NCBI RefSeq assembly: GCF_024521635.1
Contig: NW_026250422.1
Location: forward strand, 62,001 to 126,000
Direction of reading: 5' to 3'
Source of the DNA: Tricharina praecox
Taxonomy: Eukaryota
Length of the DNA: 64,000 bases
The translations under genes and the position numbers were made by a program. This document shows, piece after piece, positions 12,600 to 23,580 of the stretch; within the stretch, counting starts at the first letter, position 1; the number at the start of each line of letters is the position of its first letter. The notes below the pieces were generated by a model. The model did no database searches and was not told where the DNA came from. It worked only from the letters and a program-made list of their open reading frames with translations.

Positions 12600-15500
12600 A
12601 TGATGCATCGTCTTCGGAATAAGAAGAAGACCAAGGGGGAAGAGGACGACGGCGTGCCTCCGGTGCCGCCAGTTTCCAAGAACTTTTTGAAGAAGAACAA
12701 GACGGCGGTGCCCGAGCCGCCGCAGGTCGAGCTCGACCATGTGCTGCCGTCGTCCGACGACTTCCGCACCTCGCTGCTGATGCCCAATCTGGCGCAGCGC
12801 TTCAGCATCTTGAAGGCGGAGCAGGAGGCGTTGGCCGCCGCGAATGCCAGCAAGGAGGCTGGTGGTAATGGTGGTGGTGGTGGCTTCGAGCTGCCGGAGA
12901 TGTCGTCGAGGTTCATGGGGCTGGGTGATATCGCTGAGACTGCGTCCATTGACGGGTCCATCAAGTCGGCGCACCACAGGCTGACGTCGAGGTCGGATGA
13001 AAGGAGGCCCTCTGAGGACGGGGATGGCAGCATGATGAACCGTGGCCGTGCGGGCGAGGGGAATGTGCTGTTTGGTGGCCGACAGAAGATCTACAAGGTT
13101 GCGCCGTCGAAAACGTTGAGGGGCGGTACGAGCTCGATGGAGGATTTGGGTGGTGGTGATGGTGGTGGTGGCGGCGGTGGTAGCGGTTTTGGAAGGTCGC
13201 TGGCTCATCACGATGTTCCAGATGTTCCGTTTTCGAGGCGTGAGTGGAGAAAGGGACCTGGGGATGACGATTCCGAGAGGAAATCCAACGACCTCATGGA
13301 CCCCGATAGGAACCGCTACACTACTTCTTCGACCAATTCTACTCCAAACACAGCCGCGAGGCTGTCCACCGCTGCTACATCCATCAATTCACAGCCCGGC
13401 GCTTCGGTCAGCGTGGTGCCTTCGCCAGTGAGTCCTACGTCGATGGCCACAAACAAGCCTCGACGGCCCTTGTACGAACAGGCTTTGGATCAGCATCTGC
13501 AGGATCAGCAGTCTACGGCGATGGGCCGACTCGAGAGATTAGCTTCTCTGCGAAGGATGGGGTCCGGAAGTCCGCCGAGAAGCAGCTCCCCCGGGCCAGG
13601 GTCTCCGCATCGCTCGATATCGCCCTCATCGCCGACTTCGCACTCAATGATGCCATGGGCGACTCAGCGAACCTCACCCGACACTCCGTTGTCACCGCCC
13701 GCCGAGGAAGAAATGAGATCCGAGAGGGGCACGTCGCCACGACCGCCCGTATTCGACACGTTCGATTTCGGCCTCCACTTGCAGAAGCCCATCAGCCCCC
13801 CCATGAGCTCCAAGGGAAACGAGTTCCCCGCTCAAGCCCCTTTTTCGTCCGGAAGACCTAGTGGCGAGGGACGTGGACAGCAGCGCAGTCCCGAAAGGGT
13901 TGCGAGCCCGGTGTCCGATAGATCACTGTCGCTTGGGGCTGTTGGGGCGAGGAGATCACCTTCCCTCGTGAGAAGGTCCCCCTCTCCCCCTCCGCCCAGG
14001 AGCTCCGACGAACTGGAAGTTCGGTCGTACTTGGGGTCGTCAAACTCCAACAGCGAACGCAGCTCCCTCGACAACAATGATTTGGCACCTCGTCGGAGCG
14101 GTGATTCACACAGCGTCCGGCGCCTCGATATCAACGGCGGCGGTAGCATGAGGCGGCGTTCCCCCTCCGTCCGAGTATCGACTCACGACGGTCACGAGTC
14201 CGAGGTCTCGTCCGTCGGTTCTCGTATTTCGAGGGCATCGCGTGTTTCCTCGATGAGTACCGATGAGCCGGCCAAGGCATTCCTCGAAGCGCTGAAGCCG
14301 TCCAGGAATCCATCGATTTCTGCGTCGTCACCGAGATTCAACTCCAACACCCATTCTGCCGAAGATGATTCCCCTACTCTCCCTTCGGGCCAAGGCCAAG
14401 GTCTCAGTTTGCTTGTCCGACAGCACTTAAGATCCGGCTCCGATGCGTCGTCAATGTATGCGGCGTCGACGTACACGAGAATGTCACGAGTGTCCCGCTA
14501 CGGCGTGGCCGCTTCTACTACTACTTCCAAGGTTGGTGAAGAGCCCAGAGCATCGGGGAGCAGCGCAGGTAACATTTGGCAGTACGAAGATGCCGCCGCC
14601 GCAGCCGCCGCAGAAGTGTCTTCCGAGGGCAGCGAGCCGAGCAGTCCATCATCAGCATCCCACGTGTACGGCCGCAAGAAGTCCCCCGCGACTCCGCCCG
14701 AGATCCCGTCGAAGGCTCCCGGTCGCTCGGGGTCGAGCCTGGGAAATCGAACCGAAGACGAGGACATGCGGAATGGCTCCTGGGAGAGAGGAAGGATGAC
14801 AACTGATAGTCGGCCCGGGTCCGAGTGGGGTGATAGTAGACCTGGTACCAGAGCACCCAGCAGGGCTGGTACAGAGAGATCCTTGAGTAGAGCCGGTGGT
14901 GACCCCGATGACCAGGACTGGGAACAGCAATTGGCCTTCCGGCGACAGATCGTGCAGCAGAACTTAAGGAACCAGGAAAAGATCAACAGCCAGCACGAGA
15001 TGCCGTACGACCACCCGAAGGAATTGATGAGCCGGGGAAATACCACCGCCAGCTCTTTCGGAGGAATCAAGGTCAAAGGATCCAACATCATCAGAACGGA
15101 CAATGGTAGGTCTCCCGTGGTTCCAAGGGCGGAAAGCAGAGAGCGTGGAAGGCACGACGGCCGCACGATGGACGCCAGATCCATAAGAGGACCGATGTCT
15201 CCGCCGGGTCACCCCGCACATGGTCGTTCCGGGCATCCCGCTCATTCAGGTCATCCAGGTCCAGGTCCCCACGGTTTCCCAGGCTCCCACGGTCCTCCAG
15301 GTCACCCCAGTGCCTCTCCCCGGCCGCAACAGCGGCAGCGACCTCCTCTCGCCACGAACCACACTTTTGGCCCCGGCGGCAACGGCAGCCGCTCCGCCGA
15401 TCCCCTATCGCCCGCTTCCAGTCGCTCCAGGCACACATCGCCGAGAAACTCGCCGCCGCGGGTACGCCAGCAGCTCTCGCACGAACAGATGAACGGCAAT

Positions 15501-16505
15501 AGGGGTCAGCCCATGGGCTGGCAAGACAGCTTCGATCAGCCTCCGATGCAAACGCGAAGCACGCCTTCCACACCGGTTCCTCGACAAGGCCCTATGCCTC
15601 CCTTGCCCCCGTTGGTGGGAGGAAAGATCTTCCGACCCGCTGCCGATGGATTCCGGGACGATCTTTCGAGGGCCATGATGACCGGCCAGTCAAACATCAC
15701 CGAGGTTCCCCGGCAACGCATGAGGAACGGATCCAGCCCGGAGGAGCCCATGGAAAACGTGAGATCCACCTTTGAGGACGAGGACCATCGACCATCACCT
15801 TTGAGGAGGCCCCGCGGTAACAGTCTTATCCAGGGAGTACAGGGACTTCGATCGAGGAACATCGACCGGGAAAGCACGCAACTGCCACCGCTGAACACGG
15901 CCGGTCTGCTGCCGCCCAATGCCATCGGAACGCCAAACTCGCTGGGATCCAGGTCGCCAGCAACACCCGGACCGTCACCGACACCGTCTCCAGCGGTTGC
16001 CAAATCCCCAGCCGCCATCATGCAGCAGATCGCGAACGCAAACTCGTCGCTCGCACCCGCGCGCAAGCGCGTAGTCAACAAGTTTGAAATCGGCGAGCCA
16101 ACACTGCTGTCAAAGACGTCGCACATCCCCACCATCAACCTGCCCAACCGCCCCGCAGACGGACTCTCTATCCCCCACCTCCTCGCGTCCTCGGCGCAGT
16201 CGATCAAGAGCTCCGCGCAGTCGACGAAGAGCCGCAAGCGCAACAATACCATCTTTGGCGTCTTTGGACGGAATAATACTACGGAGGATATTCCTAGCCT
16301 GCCGCAGGTCGTTATGCCAACTACTGCTACTCCTACTGGCGGCGATGGTTTCCCCGATAGGTCGAATAGGGCGTCGTATAATACCCTGAGGAAATCGACG
16401 AGTGATGGTGGTGCGCTCGCCAGTCGTGCGAGAATGGATGAGGTCAATGCGATGAGACATCATATGCCCAAGATTCAGAAGCCGATGGCTGGTGGGATGA
16501 TTTGA
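12600..16505 (+). CDS. Large Ser/Pro/Arg-rich, mostly disordered fungal protein of unknown function (1301 aa, apparently intronless)
   Basis: Uninterrupted 3.9-kb ORF. Short ordered-looking islands (LPSSDDFRTSLLMPNLAQRFSIL, GEGNVLFGGRQKIYK, RRPLYEQ.LDQHL, ARKRVVNKFEIGEP.L.S.TS) sit in low-complexity sequence. Confidence 0.88.
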   Translation: MMHRLRNKKKTKGEEDDGVPPVPPVSKNFLKKNKTAVPEPPQVELDHVLPSSDDFRTSLLMPNLAQRFSILKAEQEALAAANASKEAGGNGGGGGFELPEMSSRFMGLGDIAETASIDGSIKSAHHRLTSRSDERRPSEDGDGSMMNRGRAGEGNVLFGGRQKIYKVAPSKTLRGGTSSMEDLGGGDGGGGGGGSGFGRSLAHHDVPDVPFSRREWRKGPGDDDSERKSNDLMDPDRNRYTTSSTNSTPNTAARLSTAATSINSQPGASVSVVPSPVSPTSMATNKPRRPLYEQALDQHLQDQQSTAMGRLERLASLRRMGSGSPPRSSSPGPGSPHRSISPSSPTSHSMMPWATQRTSPDTPLSPPAEEEMRSERGTSPRPPVFDTFDFGLHLQKPISPPMSSKGNEFPAQAPFSSGRPSGEGRGQQRSPERVASPVSDRSLSLGAVGARRSPSLVRRSPSPPPPRSSDELEVRSYLGSSNSNSERSSLDNNDLAPRRSGDSHSVRRLDINGGGSMRRRSPSVRVSTHDGHESEVSSVGSRISRASRVSSMSTDEPAKAFLEALKPSRNPSISASSPRFNSNTHSAEDDSPTLPSGQGQGLSLLVRQHLRSGSDASSMYAASTYTRMSRVSRYGVAASTTTSKVGEEPRASGSSAGNIWQYEDAAAAAAAEVSSEGSEPSSPSSASHVYGRKKSPATPPEIPSKAPGRSGSSLGNRTEDEDMRNGSWERGRMTTDSRPGSEWGDSRPGTRAPSRAGTERSLSRAGGDPDDQDWEQQLAFRRQIVQQNLRNQEKINSQHEMPYDHPKELMSRGNTTASSFGGIKVKGSNIIRTDNGRSPVVPRAESRERGRHDGRTMDARSIRGPMSPPGHPAHGRSGHPAHSGHPGPGPHGFPGSHGPPGHPSASPRPQQRQRPPLATNHTFGPGGNGSRSADPLSPASSRSRHTSPRNSPPRVRQQLSHEQMNGNRGQPMGWQDSFDQPPMQTRSTPSTPVPRQGPMPPLPPLVGGKIFRPAADGFRDDLSRAMMTGQSNITEVPRQRMRNGSSPEEPMENVRSTFEDEDHRPSPLRRPRGNSLIQGVQGLRSRNIDRESTQLPPLNTAGLLPPNAIGTPNSLGSRSPATPGPSPTPSPAVAKSPAAIMQQIANANSSLAPARKRVVNKFEIGEPTLLSKTSHIPTINLPNRPADGLSIPHLLASSAQSIKSSAQSTKSRKRNNTIFGVFGRNNTTEDIPSLPQVVMPTTATPTGGDGFPDRSNRASYNTLRKSTSDGGALASRARMDEVNAMRHHMPKIQKPMAGGMI

Positions 16506-16704
16506 GGGTGGTTTAGCGGGCGGGTGGAGTGGGGTAAAGGGGAGCGGGGAGTGGGGGGTGAGATGCAGTGGGTGTTGATGACCGTTATGTAGCCTTGCTT
16601 TTTTATTTTCTTCTTTTTCTTCTTTTTACTTCTTCCTTCGCTTTTATTCGCTTCTTTCAACTTTACGTTTTATATCTTATGCGGATTCACTTCCTTCGGT
16701 GAGC

Positions 16705-16815
16705 TTGGTAGTTTGGTAGTGTTTGGTAGTGTTTGGTAGTGTTTGGTAGTGTTTGGTAGTGTTTGGTAGTGTTTGGTAGTGTTTGGTAGTGTTTGGTAGT
16801 GTTTGGTAGTTTGGC
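16705..16815. repeat. 10-bp tandem repeat (GTTTGGTAGT)n, about 10 copies, downstream of the 1301-aa gene
   Basis: Perfect units visible at 16721-16810, with partial flanking copies. Confidence 0.95.
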
Positions 16816-17760
16816 AGTACGGGTGTGCCGTTTTTATGTCTAACTACTTGCTTGGTGTGTGTGTGATTGTGTTTGACTACCTATCGTGTTTCTATTGTAT
16901 TTGACTCCTGTGTTCGTTTGATCTTGGAGTTTATGGGGGGGAATGGGGGTGGGGAAGGGAAGGGAAGGAAGGGAAGGGAAGGGAAGGAGATAACTTTTAA
17001 CTGTATGTTCTTTTTTCCAGTGCTGGATACCTGAAGGCTGAAGTACCTATTGTGTACCTATTGTGTAAATGGTTGGGTGATTCTATGTTCTTTTTTCCAA
17101 GGTTGGATGGTGGAAGTATTGCTCCGACTGAGTGATGAGTGGTGAATATTGCTCAAACGAGTGAGTGATGAACGGTGCAACTAGGGGCGCGTGCTTGCCA
17201 ATAGGTATGTAGATTATCACATGCCAAATACAATGACATCATGTGATTCACCCCCGAATAGGATGAACCCTAAAAGGTTGTATGTGGGTACGTGACATGT
17301 GTGCCGTTGCATGCCCCTAGGTAGATCTCATTCTGCTCTTCGGCTCCCGTTCTTTCTCTTTCTCTCTCTCTCTCTCACTATCTTCATTAGCCCCACCTTC
17401 ACGGACTCGACTTCAACTCTTGATTCTTCATTTTTCGGGTTTCGGGTTTCGTCATCACATCGCATTTAGTTACTTGGCGTCTGCATTCGTCATTGGTTTA
17501 CTCTAGATACCTACCTAGGCGCAGCCACACCCCCCACAGCCCACAGGTTCTACACGGAACGGAGAAACGTGCCCAGTGCATGGCAGCTCTCGGTAGGTGT
17601 TGTCTTGTCCCAGTTTCTGTAGCGACGGTTCTGCACGCTTGCTCACACTCACGCTCACGACGCAGAAACCCCCTGGACGACGTCGGACGACCGCCATCAC
17701 CACCACACGCAGCACTACCAGCAGCACTACAGCCGCGAAGCCGAAGCCGAAGCCGGCCCC

Positions 17761-19353
17761 ATGTCGCCCACCGACCCATCTTCGAGCAACAGCAACAACA
17801 CCACTACTGCCACCACCACGAGCAGCAGTGCCGAGCACTCCTACCACCCGCCGACGGTAGCCGCGTTCTCCCCCTCCTTCGCCGCGCCCGCCCGCCGCAG
17901 CACACTACAAGTGCACCAGAAATCCCCGCTGTTAGTCGCGACGCCGCCGCAGGTGACGCGCGCCCTCAGCCGCGCATACCCATGGATCAAGACGTTGGAC
18001 TACACGCTGGGGCTGGTGACGTGGACGACGGGGGATCCGTGGGAATCGTTCTTGCTGGTGGCGTTTTTTTGGGGCGTGGCGCTGTATGGCGGGTGGCTGC
18101 TAAGGTGGGTCGGGAATGTTGTCACCGTGGGAGTCATCATCGTCGCCATGTTTGCACGGCGGTATAAGAAGGAGGAGACTACGACGCTGGATGAAATACT
18201 CGCGGCGCTGAACTCTCTTAATATGCGCGTCGACGTGTTTATGGCCCCGTGTCTCGCCCTGCTCGATGTGCTGTCGACGGAGAAGAGCGCGACTACCGTC
18301 ACCACTAGGCCCGCGCTCACGACGCTGTTCATAAGGATCCTCCTCCTCACCCCCGTCTGGCTGTTCGTCAGCGTCTACCCGCTGCAGATCCTGACGCCGC
18401 GCCGCATCGTCATCTTCTCCGGCACGCTATTCCTCAGCTGGCACTCGCGGCCCGCGAAGGTCTCACGAACGATCCTCTGGCGCTCCAGCACCCTGCGGCG
18501 ACTCAGCGAGCAAATAACGGGTTTGTCGCTTACACCGCAGCCTCTGCTGCCCCCACTCCCACCGCGCGACGGCTTTACCGCCACCGCCGACGCTGCCCCC
18601 ACCACCGCAGACCGCCCCACGCCGCTCAACGCAACCACCGCCGCCGCCTCCCCGGGGGTGAAGTTCACCTTCGCGATTTACGAGAACCAGCGGCGCTGGC
18701 TGGGCGTGGGCTGGACCAGCACGCTGTTCGCGTACGAGCGCGCCGCGTGGACCGACGAGCACCTGCAGGCGTGTCCGCCGCCGCACGAGTTCGCGCTGCC
18801 CGCGACGACGCGGGGCTCCGGTGTTGCGTGGCGATGGGTTTCGGGCGAGGAGTGGGTTGTCGAGGGTGCGGCAGGTGAACAGGGTGGAAGGAGCCGTGCG
18901 AAACAGGAGGTGAAGGATCGCCTGGGCGGCGCGGGGGAGCAGGGTGAGGGCTGGTGGTACTATGATAATAAGTGGCGTGATGGGAGACGCGGCGTCGATG
19001 GCTGGGGGAAGTATACGCGCAGAAGGAAGTGGACACGCCGCGCGGAACTGGTCGAGGCGGACCTGGTCGAGCAGGTGGTCGGCGAGGTGCCTGCGCCCGC
19101 GCCGCCGCTGGTCGAGGAGAAGAGGGAGGCGGTCGAGTTGGAGGCACCGGAGGCGAATGGTAACGGGAGTGCGAAGAGAACGCCCCCGCCACTACCGCCC
19201 CGCCCCCCGCCGACTGCTCGAGACGCCGAGGTGCAGGATGAGGATCCGTATGATAGTGCCGCAAGCGACTATGGCGACGATGATGATGCCGCGCATAGGA
19301 GGCAGGTTAGGCTGGTGGATCCTGATGGCGGGGTGCTGGCTGAGGGGAGGTAG
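17761..19353 (+). CDS. Peroxin of the Pex23/Pex24p (PEX28-32) family with reticulon-like TM region and C-terminal dysferlin (DysF) domain
   Basis: SPLLVATPPQVTRAL, TM segments, FTFAIYENQRRWLGVGWT, ERAAWTDE, GWWYYDNKW and KYTRRRKW.R.AELV (DysF signatures). Confidence 0.9.
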   Translation: MSPTDPSSSNSNNTTTATTTSSSAEHSYHPPTVAAFSPSFAAPARRSTLQVHQKSPLLVATPPQVTRALSRAYPWIKTLDYTLGLVTWTTGDPWESFLLVAFFWGVALYGGWLLRWVGNVVTVGVIIVAMFARRYKKEETTTLDEILAALNSLNMRVDVFMAPCLALLDVLSTEKSATTVTTRPALTTLFIRILLLTPVWLFVSVYPLQILTPRRIVIFSGTLFLSWHSRPAKVSRTILWRSSTLRRLSEQITGLSLTPQPLLPPLPPRDGFTATADAAPTTADRPTPLNATTAAASPGVKFTFAIYENQRRWLGVGWTSTLFAYERAAWTDEHLQACPPPHEFALPATTRGSGVAWRWVSGEEWVVEGAAGEQGGRSRAKQEVKDRLGGAGEQGEGWWYYDNKWRDGRRGVDGWGKYTRRRKWTRRAELVEADLVEQVVGEVPAPAPPLVEEKREAVELEAPEANGNGSAKRTPPPLPPRPPPTARDAEVQDEDPYDSAASDYGDDDDAAHRRQVRLVDPDGGVLAEGR

Positions 19354-20048
19354 CGGGGGGACATGACGGGTGGATGGAGTGGGTGGATGGGTGGACTGGG
19401 CGGATGGATGGATGGATGGATGGATGGATGAACGGATATGTACTCTTCTGGAGGGGTTGATGGGTGGGGGATGGGGAGTTGAGGGGTTGGATAATGAATT
19501 GAACGATATCTTGAATGTATTGTAACTTGTGAGACATACCAGAACGACAGCACGAGAGACAGCAAGAGAGACAATTGTGTTTCAAATCGTCGGGCTGTTT
19601 GTGGTGTCGCTATATATCTACCAGTGGACTGGCAGACTGACAGACACGGCTGACAGTAGTTACGCCACGAAGCGAAGAGCCAGCCAGCCAGGCATGCCAC
19701 GCACAAAGCTGCCTAGAGAGCTATTACAGGGGTGGCCACTGGCGGGATCTACGCATAGCCATAAGCCCATCCCAATGATCCCATTCGTCAGTATTCATGT
19801 CTTTATGCATTGAGTCAAGCCCCGCATTTGCTGTCCAGCTGCCTGCACCTCTGCGGGAGGGGTGAAGAGCTGAATTGGTATTTCAGCTCAGGCCCTCCAT
19901 TCACGACGAGTTTTTTTTTTCATCAGGACAGATACTCAGATACCTCCCATCATACACACCTGCTACCTTCCCCATAGATAAAAGAGCCCACCTCACCTCC
20001 TCGCAGCCAACCAATACAGCAAACAGACCCATCAGCAGCAGTACCACG

Positions 20049-22139
20049 ATGGAACCCGCCGACCCGCCCACCTTCCGCGCACAATACGCGCGCCGCCTCG
20101 TGCGCGAAAAGCTCTTTGAGGAGCTTAGCCGCCGGCACGCCGCGTACGGCACGGAGCCGGGGTGCGCGCCTCCTCCCGGCCCGCCCCTGCTCGGCGGCGG
20201 CCCGCAGACTCAGCCGCCGCATCATCCTTCTGAGTTGCCGCATGAGCCCCCCAACGGAGGGCTCGGCGGGGGAAAGGGGAAGGGGGAGGGGGGGGAAGGG
20301 GAAAGAGGGGCTGAGGTTTTGTATCGTTGGCGCGGGCATGGCGGGGCTCTATGCAGCTATGGTGCTGGATGAGGCCGGGGTGAGCTATGATTTGCTGGAA
20401 AGTGCGGGGAGGGTGGGCGGGAGGGTCTTCACCAAGAGGCTCGGTGACGGGAAGAATGAGTACTATGATGTCGGCGCTATGCGGTTTCCGAAGATTAAGG
20501 TTATGCAGAAGTGAGTTCCCGACTGATGGTGCTGGTGGTGTTGCGTGATGTGTGTGTGTGGGGGGGGGGGGGGGGGGGGGGGGAATGGGGAAGGGATGGT
20601 GCTGATACTGCGGGAAGGACGTTCGAGCTCTTTGCCGAACTCGAGATCCCGCTCGTCGACTATTACCTCGCCGGCGAGAACTGTCCCGTCATGTACAACG
20701 ACATCGTGGGGCCGCCCGAGAACCCGCACGAGACGGATCCGTACCGGATCAGCCAGGAGAATGGCGGGGTGATTCCTGATGAGTGAGTCTGCTCTTGTTG
20801 GTACGGTCGGGGGGTGGGGGCTGATAGCGAGGGCAAAGGGCGGTTAAGGATGGTGCCGAGATGATCCTCTCGGAGGCCTTCGGCCCCCTGAAGGAGGCCC
20901 TCAGGGAGGACTTCGAACAGGGCTTCCAGATGCTCATGGAGCTGGATAGTTTCTCGACCAGGGAGTTTTTGCGGTCGCGGTTGTGGGTTGTCCCGAGTTT
21001 GTGGGGGGAGCATGGTTGACAGTTGGTTGTGAAGGTATGGCGACTCCGGGCTCGACTTCCATACCGTCCAGTGGTTGGAGACGGTCAGCACCTCGTCGGG
21101 GCTGTTCGACCAGTCCTTTAGCGAGACGGTGATCGACTCGCTGGACTTTGACGAGTCCCCCGACGAAGCGTGGAAGTGTGTCGAAGGCGGCACGTCCGTC
21201 GTGACCGAGGCCATGCTGGCCAAGATCAAGACGAAGCCTGAGCTGAACACACGCGTCACAGGCATCGCACTCGGCCGCGGCGCCAAGGAGAGCGACACCA
21301 AGATGCTGGTGACGCTCACCAACGCTTCCGGAGCGGAAGAGACCCGTGAATATGACACCGTCTTCAACACCACGACGCTCGCCTGCGCGCAGCGCATAGA
21401 CCTCACTGGGGCCGAGCTGCACCCGGCGCAAAAAGACGCCCTGCGCGCACTGCACTACGACGCCAGCGCCAAAGTCGCGATCAAGTTCAAAACGCCGTGG
21501 TGGATCACACAGTGCGGGATCACCGAGGGCGGTGTGGCGTCTACGGACCTACCACTTCGCACCTGCGTCTACCCCTCGTTCAGCATCCACGACCCAGTGG
21601 ACGCGCCCTCCGTGCTCCTAGCCTCATACACGTGGGCGCAGGACGCACAGCGCATCAGCGCGCTGATCACGCCGGACTCGCCCAGCGGCGAGGAGGCGCT
21701 CAAGGACCTGCTGCTCCGCGACTTGGCGCGGCTGCACGCGCGCCACGACATCACGCTCGACTTTCTGCGCGACCAGTACGTGACGCACCACGCGTACTCG
21801 TGGTACGCGGACCCGAACACCGCCGGCGCGTTCGCGCTGTTCGGCCCGGGGCAGTTCAGTAACTTCTATCCGTTCCTGGCGCGGCCTGCTGCCGACGGGA
21901 AGCTGCACTTTGTTGGAGAGGCGAGTTCCGCGCATCATGCGTGGATCGTGGGTGCATTGGATAGTGCGCAGAGAGCGGTCATGTATGCCCTCCTGAGGTT
22001 TGGCTTGAGGGAGGAGGCTGAGGAGATCGAGACTAGGTGGGGACCCGTTGGGGAGGTCGAGCTGGCGAAGGATGGGACCGCGCATTTGCAGGTCGCTATG
22101 GGATGTTTGAGAACCGAGGAGATTATGAGGTGCGCGTAG
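20049..22139 (+). CDS. Flavin-containing amine oxidase / L-amino-acid oxidase; frame discontinuity in exon 1
   Basis: FCIVGAGMAGLYAA (FAD Rossmann), ESAGRVGGRVFT, YYDVGAMRFP, LHYDASAKVAIKF, LLASYTWAQDA, GAFALFGPGQF and HFVGEASSAHHAWIVGALDS. Introns 20511-20617, 20783-20838 and ~20980-21034. The ATG at 20049 is in a different frame from the Rossmann motif. Confidence 0.88.
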
Positions 22140-22302
22140 AGGGTGGAAATAGATATAGGTGCTGCAGAGGGAATATAAAATGCGTATACCTATGATAGCT
22201 ACTGGCATCGTACTGGAAATGGGGGTGAAGCATCGCTCTGTGCAGAATACAGGAGGGCTCACTATTCACGGGCGGTGCAATGACTGACTGACCGACTGAC
22301 CA

Positions 22303-23580
22303 CTACACCTCCCCCGCGGCCTCCTCGAGTATATCCTTCACCCTTACCACCACGTCCTTCATCCATTCCTCCTGTAGCACTCCCTCGATCCAGCCAAACA
22401 CAGCCCTGAGCCCACTCCCATCTGTAGCAACAGCGCACACATCCAACGCATTCCCGACGGGACTCGCACTCTGATTGAACACGAGCTCCTCGACACCCAC
22501 GATATCAACAACGCCGAGATTGCTAACTCCAAACGCTAGCTCCCGCCGCCTACCGTCCTGCGCCAGCAGGTGCGCACGAATATCCGGCGCCCACGCCAAC
22601 ATCGCCGCCTTACAGTCGCGCGGGCCCACACGCAGCCCCGCTGTGATCGTCGCTTTCACACCCCTCGCGCGCTCCCACACCCCCCCGCCCGGATGGTGCG
22701 TGTGCACCAAACTCGACGCCATAACACCCACACACTCCCCCTCCGCCCCGCCCGCCCCCCTTGGCAGGAACCGCCGAAAACTAACCGCCACACTCCCACT
22801 GACGCCCGTTCCTACTTTATCAACCAACCCCTCCGCGACCGCAGCATGTAGCAGCGCGGTCACACTCGTGCCCTCGCGCCTACACCGCGCGCGCACCCGC
22901 CACGTCACCGCCGCGTCGAGCTCCAGCAACTCTATCCGCGTCCTGAACGGCGGGCTCAGGCCGATCGGCGGGCCAGTCCACAGGTCCGCCCCCGGCCACG
23001 ACGGGAGCCACGCCGGCAGCAGCGTGGCGAGCTTTGATGCCGCCGTGCGCCAGGATACCGATAGCGCTAGCTGCTGCTCCAGCGGCGGGGGGAGCTCCGG
23101 GGGTGGGGGTGGAGGGGATGGAGATGGCACCGGGGGCACCGGGGGCGCCAGCAGCGCGCCGACGAAGCACCGCACCACCGCCACGCCCGCCTCGCCGTCC
23201 ATTATTCCGTGGTGGTAGGAGAGTACCACTTTTTGCGCGCGCGCGAAGACGGTCATGCGCCAGCAGACGCCGGCGTCTGCGAACCCCGTGTTCGCCTCGA
23301 GGGCTATGTCTGGCAGGTCTGGCGAGTCTGCGTCCGAGTAGACGACGGCATGGGAGAGGTCCACGGGCCACACACGCTGGAAGTCGGTGTCCGAGGCGAT
23401 GCGTACTGAGAGCACGGCGTGCGTGGATAGGCATACGGTCAGGGCCGCGGTGACCGCGGCGGGAGTCAGCGGGACGAGCAGGGAGACGGTGAAGGTTAGG
23501 CTGACGCTGTTGTGGTATGAGAGGGTGTGGCGGATTGCGAACCAGCGCTCTAGTGGGCCGAGAGGACGGAGGGGTGGCAT
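22303..23580 (-). CDS. Alcohol acetyltransferase-like (ATF1/SLI1-type, CoA-dependent acyltransferase fold)
   Basis: N-terminal LRPLGPLERWF, catalytic HHGIMDG (HxxxDG), CRREGTSVTALLHA, RRELAFGVSNLG and FNQS. Intronless, 425 aa. Confidence 0.85.
   Translation of the reverse strand: MPPLRPLGPLERWFAIRHTLSYHNSVSLTFTVSLLVPLTPAAVTAALTVCLSTHAVLSVRIASDTDFQRVWPVDLSHAVVYSDADSPDLPDIALEANTGFADAGVCWRMTVFARAQKVVLSYHHGIMDGEAGVAVVRCFVGALLAPPVPPVPSPSPPPPPPELPPPLEQQLALSVSWRTAASKLATLLPAWLPSWPGADLWTGPPIGLSPPFRTRIELLELDAAVTWRVRARCRREGTSVTALLHAAVAEGLVDKVGTGVSGSVAVSFRRFLPRGAGGAEGECVGVMASSLVHTHHPGGGVWERARGVKATITAGLRVGPRDCKAAMLAWAPDIRAHLLAQDGRRRELAFGVSNLGVVDIVGVEELVFNQSASPVGNALDVCAVATDGSGLRAVFGWIEGVLQEEWMKDVVVRVKDILEEAAGEV

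Noticed and set aside
15536..16447. 303-aa minus-strand ORF
   Set aside because: Antisense shadow of the 1301-aa gene.
20559..20583. Long poly-G runs (also ~29855-29876 and ~33922-33941) as G-quadruplex elements
   Set aside because: Simple homopolymers in introns or intergenic DNA; lengths are unreliable in assemblies and there is no functional evidence.
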